Source: Escherichia coli | GTDB taxonomy: Bacteria; Pseudomonadota; Gammaproteobacteria; Enterobacterales; Enterobacteriaceae | NCBI RefSeq assembly: GCF_003334255.1 | Contig: NZ_QOWU01000229.1 | Direction: 5' to 3' (one strand) | DNA length: 508 nt | Part shown: positions 1 to 508 of the stretch, piece after piece | Layout of the letters: each line of letters starts with the position of its first letter | Numbering within the stretch: position 1 is the stretch's first letter | The notes under the pieces: model-generated | Database searches by the model: none | Told to the model about the DNA's origin: nothing | What the model saw: only the letters and a program-made list of their open reading frames with translations | Translations under genes and position numbers: made by a program

Positions 1-108
1 TCCACCAGCACTCGAGGATTATGAAATATCTGTATGGATTCACGGCCCGGCTTAAGGACCACCAGCCCAAGCTCAGGCACCAGAACAGGTCTAAGTAATA
101 CCCGCACG

Positions 109-381
109 TTACCTCCAGATCCGTTGCTGGAAAGTGCGGGACGGACGTGGTGGGCGTTCGGAATAAGGCAGCCTGACAGAGATTATCCAGTGCCGATAGT
201 CGAGACTGAGAGCTTTCTTAACCTCGAACCCGCGCCTGCGGTAAGAATGAATCAGCCATTCGGCCTGTTCTTCAGTACATGGTGGGTGTTGGTACCAGTC
301 GGTTTTAAATGCGTGTGAACGCCGCTCATGCCGGATGGCAAGGTCGGTATCAGAATTGTGAAATTTGGTTTTGTGCGCCAT
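109..381 (-). CDS. hypothetical small basic protein (90 aa), family not recognised
   Basis: ATG at 381..379 and TAA at 111..109 on the minus strand. In the minus-strand sense it follows a terminator, promoter-like hexamers and a leader with a weak Shine-Dalgarno-like AGAG 6 nt before the ATG. Second-codon-position composition is gene-like (A about 34%) and the first ~70 residues have a balanced, hydrophilic composition. Against: first codon position is C-rich rather than G-rich, several rare Arg codons (CGG, AGG) and one ATA, and a Pro/Arg-rich C-terminal tail (SERPPRPSRTFQQRIWR) that looks low-complexity. Confidence 0.4.
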   Translation of the reverse strand: MAHKTKFHNSDTDLAIRHERRSHAFKTDWYQHPPCTEEQAEWLIHSYRRRGFEVKKALSLDYRHWIISVRLPYSERPPRPSRTFQQRIWR

Positions 382-390
382 CTGTTTTCT

Positions 391-405
391 CTGCTGGCGC
401 AGCAG
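391..405 (-). promoter_or_regulatory. dyad CTGCTG-GCG-CAGCAG in the leader (possible operator or leader hairpin next to the ribosome-binding region)
   Basis: Plus-strand 391-396 (CTGCTG) is the reverse complement of 400-405 (CAGCAG), with a 3-nt spacer. On the minus transcript this gives 5'-CUGCUG-CGC-CAGCAG-3' immediately 5' of AGAAAACAG-AUG, so the 3' arm abuts the SD-like purines. Confidence 0.3.
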
Positions 406-416
406 GTGTCAGGTGT
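403..416. repeat. perfect tandem heptamer CAGGTGT x2 (ACACCUG-ACACCUG on the minus-strand leader)
   Basis: Plus-strand 403-409 and 410-416 are both CAGGTGT. A third CAGG follows at 418-421, and CAGCAGG precedes at 400-406. It lies in the putative 5' leader, 22-35 nt upstream of the ATG at 381. Confidence 0.6.
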
Positions 417-432
417 TCAGGCTGACGTGCGA

Positions 433-462
433 ATTGTAAACCAGAATGCCAGGAAAAAACAA
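433..462 (-). promoter_or_regulatory. candidate sigma70-type promoter for the 381..109 ORF
   Basis: Minus-strand TACAAT (complement of 433-438, 5/6 match to TATAAT). The best upstream -35 is a weak TTGTTT (complement of 457-462, 18-bp spacer) overlapping the terminator U-run. The alternative TTTACA (complement of 435-440) as a -35 has no convincing -10 at 16-18 bp. No extended -10 TG. Predicted start near 426. Confidence 0.3.
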
Positions 463-480
463 AACCCGCCGAAGCGGGTT
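454..480 (-). terminator. rho-independent (intrinsic) terminator, minus-strand only
   Basis: Minus-strand transcript reads 5'-AACCCGC-UUCG-GCGGGUU-3' followed by UUGUUUUUU. Plus-strand 463-469 pairs with 474-480 (7 bp, 5 G:C), loop 470-473 is a C(UUCG)G tetraloop, U-run is the complement of 454-462. On the plus strand the same stem is followed by AAGUGCGGG, not a U-run, so it is unidirectional. Confidence 0.8.
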
Positions 481-508
481 AAGTGCGGGTGCGTTGAGGA
501 TGCCTGAC
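479..508 (-). CDS. probable 3' end of a minus-strand gene running off the right edge (partial, frame tentative)
   Basis: In the minus frame aligned to the window edge the sequence reads V-R-H-P-Q-R-T-R-T-stop, with TAA at 481..479 inside the terminator stem. The terminator implies a transcript arriving from the right. Only about 9 codons are visible and the other two minus frames are also open here. Confidence 0.3.
   Translation of the reverse strand, partial: VRHPQRTRT

Noticed and set aside
30-45. LexA-box-like CTG-N10 at 30-45
   Set aside because: The distal half is CGG rather than CAG and the spacer is not AT-rich in the SOS-box pattern.
21-98. Short plus-strand ORF MKYLYGFTARLKDHQPKLRHQNRSK (25 aa) starting at ATG 21
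   Set aside because: It is too short to support by itself, has no SD, and is in the same frame as sequence open to the left edge, so the ATG may simply be an internal Met of a longer frame or chance.
132-140. 9-mer AAGTGCGGG repeated at 132-140 and 481-489, with an inverted 8/9 copy at 101-109
   Set aside because: About 0.5 exact 9-mer repeats are expected by chance in a 508-bp window. The motif is GC-rich like the terminator stem, and there is no spacing or flanking symmetry suggesting an element end or iteron array.
1-185. Minus-strand open frame from TAA at 185..183 down to the left edge
   Set aside because: It has no ATG anywhere in the frame (only GTG/CTG), it overlaps the 3' end of ORF 109..381 out of frame, and there is no upstream signal. 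Most likely a chance open frame.
184-192. DnaA-box-like TTATCCAGT (7/9 match to TTATCCACA)
   Set aside because: A single imperfect copy inside the candidate coding region, with no cluster of boxes and no adjacent AT-rich unwinding element.
34-318. Plus-strand ORF of 94 aa (MDSRPGLRTTSPSSGTRTGLSNTRTLPP...)
   Set aside because: It overlaps the minus ORF in the same codon register, where shadow ORFs are common. It has no SD-like sequence before the ATG, a Pro/Ser/Thr/Arg-rich low-complexity N-terminal half, only one Lys, and many rare codons. Not fully excluded; see the coding-strand finding.
357-372. CRP half-site-like TGTGA at 357-361
   Set aside because: There is no matching TCACA half-site at the correct spacing, and it lies within the first codons of the minus ORF.
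353-437. GAATTGT heptamer at 353-359 and 431-437
   Set aside because: Several repeated 7-mers are expected by chance at this window size. One copy is inside the ORF and the other in the promoter-like region, with no shared context.

Overview
This 508-bp window does not show a recognisable multi-gene system; it is best read as a short minus-strand transcription unit, and I cannot assign its one candidate gene to any known family. Reading the minus strand 5'->3' (right to left in window coordinates): the end of a gene running off the right edge (stop near 479-481), then a strong intrinsic terminator (454-480), then a weak promoter-like region (about 433-462), then a roughly 45-nt leader carrying a tandem heptamer and a small dyad (391-416), then a 90-codon ORF (381..109) encoding a basic, His/Arg/Trp-rich protein. 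The plus-strand ORF 34..318 overlaps that ORF in the same codon register and is more likely its shadow, but the coding strand is not settled from sequence alone. No rRNA, tRNA, CRISPR repeats, IS ends or att-like sites were seen. All calls are from reading the sequence by eye; no database search was possible.
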